This document shows, in pieces, positions 33,616-34,667 of a DNA stretch of 34,667 bases. How positions within the stretch are numbered: position 1 is the stretch's first letter; every line of letters begins with the position of its first letter. The notes beneath the pieces were generated by a model, which saw nothing but the letters and a program-made list of their open reading frames with translations, had not been told where the DNA came from and searched no databases. This DNA is from a virus (lineage: Duplodnaviria; Caudoviricetes), in IMG/VR virus record IMGVR_UViG_3300035673_000153, positions 1-34,667 of that record. One strand, given 5' to 3'. A program made the translations under genes and the position numbers.

Positions 33616-34667
33616 CCGCTGCGGGGTATCTTTCGACGCCGCGGAAACGGCCGCTCGGGGCAGCATCGGTTAACATCGTCAAAGAGGCTGTGAAAAAGTT
33701 CGGCGGGCGCCGGCTAAACGAAGTCCGCATCGACGAATGGAAAACATGGATCGACGGCGGCACAAAGCCGGATGGCACCACGATTCCGGGACGCATGGCC
33801 GGCAACAGCGCATCAACGCGGGAGCGGTTTATCGGCGGGCTGCTGGCCTTCCTGAATTTCGCCCGGCGCCACCATGGCCTCGCCCTGGTGCCGTCCTTTG
33901 AACGGGACCAGGCGGCGCGCAATCCGAACCGCCGCGTCCGGCGACGTGTCGGGGATCTTCGGCCGGATTTGGTGCGGCGGCTTTTCGACGCCTGCCATAT
34001 CAGCATACGCGCGCAGCTGGCGGTCGAACGGTCCACTGGAGCCCGCGTGTCGTCGATCCTCTACGCCGCGCGCGTGTGCGACCTGATCTTGGCGAAGGGC
34101 CGGGAACAGATCACGTTCCCCGCCACCAAAAACGGCGAGGACGTCCACGCCGCGCTCGATCCCACCGCCGTGGCCGTCCTGAGGGACTATCTGAAATGGC
34201 GCGGCAAGCTTCACGATCGCGAAGCTCCGCTGTTCCTGACGTTCCGCCGCCAGCCCTACACCGACAACGGCAAGGCGGGCGGCGGACAGAACAAGACCGG
34301 CTTCAACGCTGCGAAGCGCCGCGCCGCCGCCGCCATTATAGAGGCTGGCAAGGCCACCCATGCGCGCCTGGTGAAAGCGGGGCAACGCAAGGCCGCAGCC
34401 GAAGCGCGCGACCAGGCGGGCGCGGACGCTGTCCTGGTCGGCAAAGTGACGCAACATTGGTTCCGACATGCGCTGGCGCAGAAGTGGCTGCGGCGCGACC
34501 CGCGGTCCGCCATGGATCAAGGCGGTTGGCTCGATATCCGATCGGTCATGGGGTATTCGCATGACGCCCCGGAGTATCGTCGCCAGCTGGTCAGGGAACT
34601 TGACGATATGGGCACGAAGCTGACACGCAGCCCTGAGCCGAAACAGAAAAAGGCCCGCCGTGCTTAG
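33336..34667 (+). CDS. int: Tyrosine integrase
   Basis: TGAR (R), TKNG (K), HWFRH (HxxR), GGW (H/W) and MGY (Y) catalytic motifs; N-terminal arm-binding-like beta segment. Confidence 0.93.
   Translation: MVDNSVPKSGSGDRKGKRPGRRSRGVRLKERDGFWHAAGSLRVAGRSVRLRQSLNLAIATTAQSEAETALESFVEDVKAKITGKAGRGDPIAIAAAGYLSTPRKRPLGAASVNIVKEAVKKFGGRRLNEVRIDEWKTWIDGGTKPDGTTIPGRMAGNSASTRERFIGGLLAFLNFARRHHGLALVPSFERDQAARNPNRRVRRRVGDLRPDLVRRLFDACHISIRAQLAVERSTGARVSSILYAARVCDLILAKGREQITFPATKNGEDVHAALDPTAVAVLRDYLKWRGKLHDREAPLFLTFRRQPYTDNGKAGGGQNKTGFNAAKRRAAAAIIEAGKATHARLVKAGQRKAAAEARDQAGADAVLVGKVTQHWFRHALAQKWLRRDPRSAMDQGGWLDIRSVMGYSHDAPEYRRQLVRELDDMGTKLTRSPEPKQKKARRA

Larger units (their letters stand above)
1..34667. 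mobile_element. Temperate HK97-like siphovirus / prophage (partial; tail-tip and lysis genes lie outside the window)
   Basis: Lambdoid gene order: integrase, early genes, CI/cro switch, replication, late regulator, HNH, terminase, portal, protease, capsid, neck, tail tube, chaperones, tape measure. Confidence 0.97.

Noticed and set aside
33521-34562. Minus-strand ORFs of 171 and 249 aa opposite the integrase
   Set aside because: Shadow ORFs of a GC-rich gene.
1-34667. Gene transfer agent, diversity-generating retroelement, invertible tail cassette or recoded stop codons
   Set aside because: Integrase, repressor switch and replication genes indicate a true temperate phage; no reverse transcriptase or invertase seen; core genes are full length in the standard code.

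Overview
The whole window is one temperate, HK97-type long-tailed (pro)phage, most likely of an alphaproteobacterial (Bradyrhizobium/Nitrobacteraceae-like) host; the host is inferred from protein families and high GC. The minus strand runs from cro (28858) through a translationally coupled early/replication operon: CII-like, DUF6074, a winged-helix initiator with internal iterons, DUF6551/ParB-like, an orphan DNA methyltransferase and a DUF6456 late regulator. It continues through a late promoter/terminator pair, an accessory block, HNH-cos-terS-terL-portal-protease-capsid, neck and tail genes, and ends with the tape measure. The plus strand carries a CI-like repressor, a leftward early operon with a Spo11/Topo VI-A-like protein, and an overlapping excisionase/integrase pair ending at the last base. 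No lysis enzyme, tail-tip genes or att site are recognisable. The most unusual items are: (1) a 389-aa protein made of four TerS-like HTH repeats plus a sigma-factor-like tail, heading a block with a T-arm-deleted tRNA-Thr and an orphan ParA-like ATPase; (2) a repressor whose S24 domain lacks both catalytic residues; (3) a lone Topo VI-A-like gene; (4) an antisense secreted-protein moron just before the tape measure; (5) an unannotated -1 frameshift tail chaperone; (6) a complete four-operator switch with a leaderless cro. All family calls are from motif recognition by eye, not database searches.
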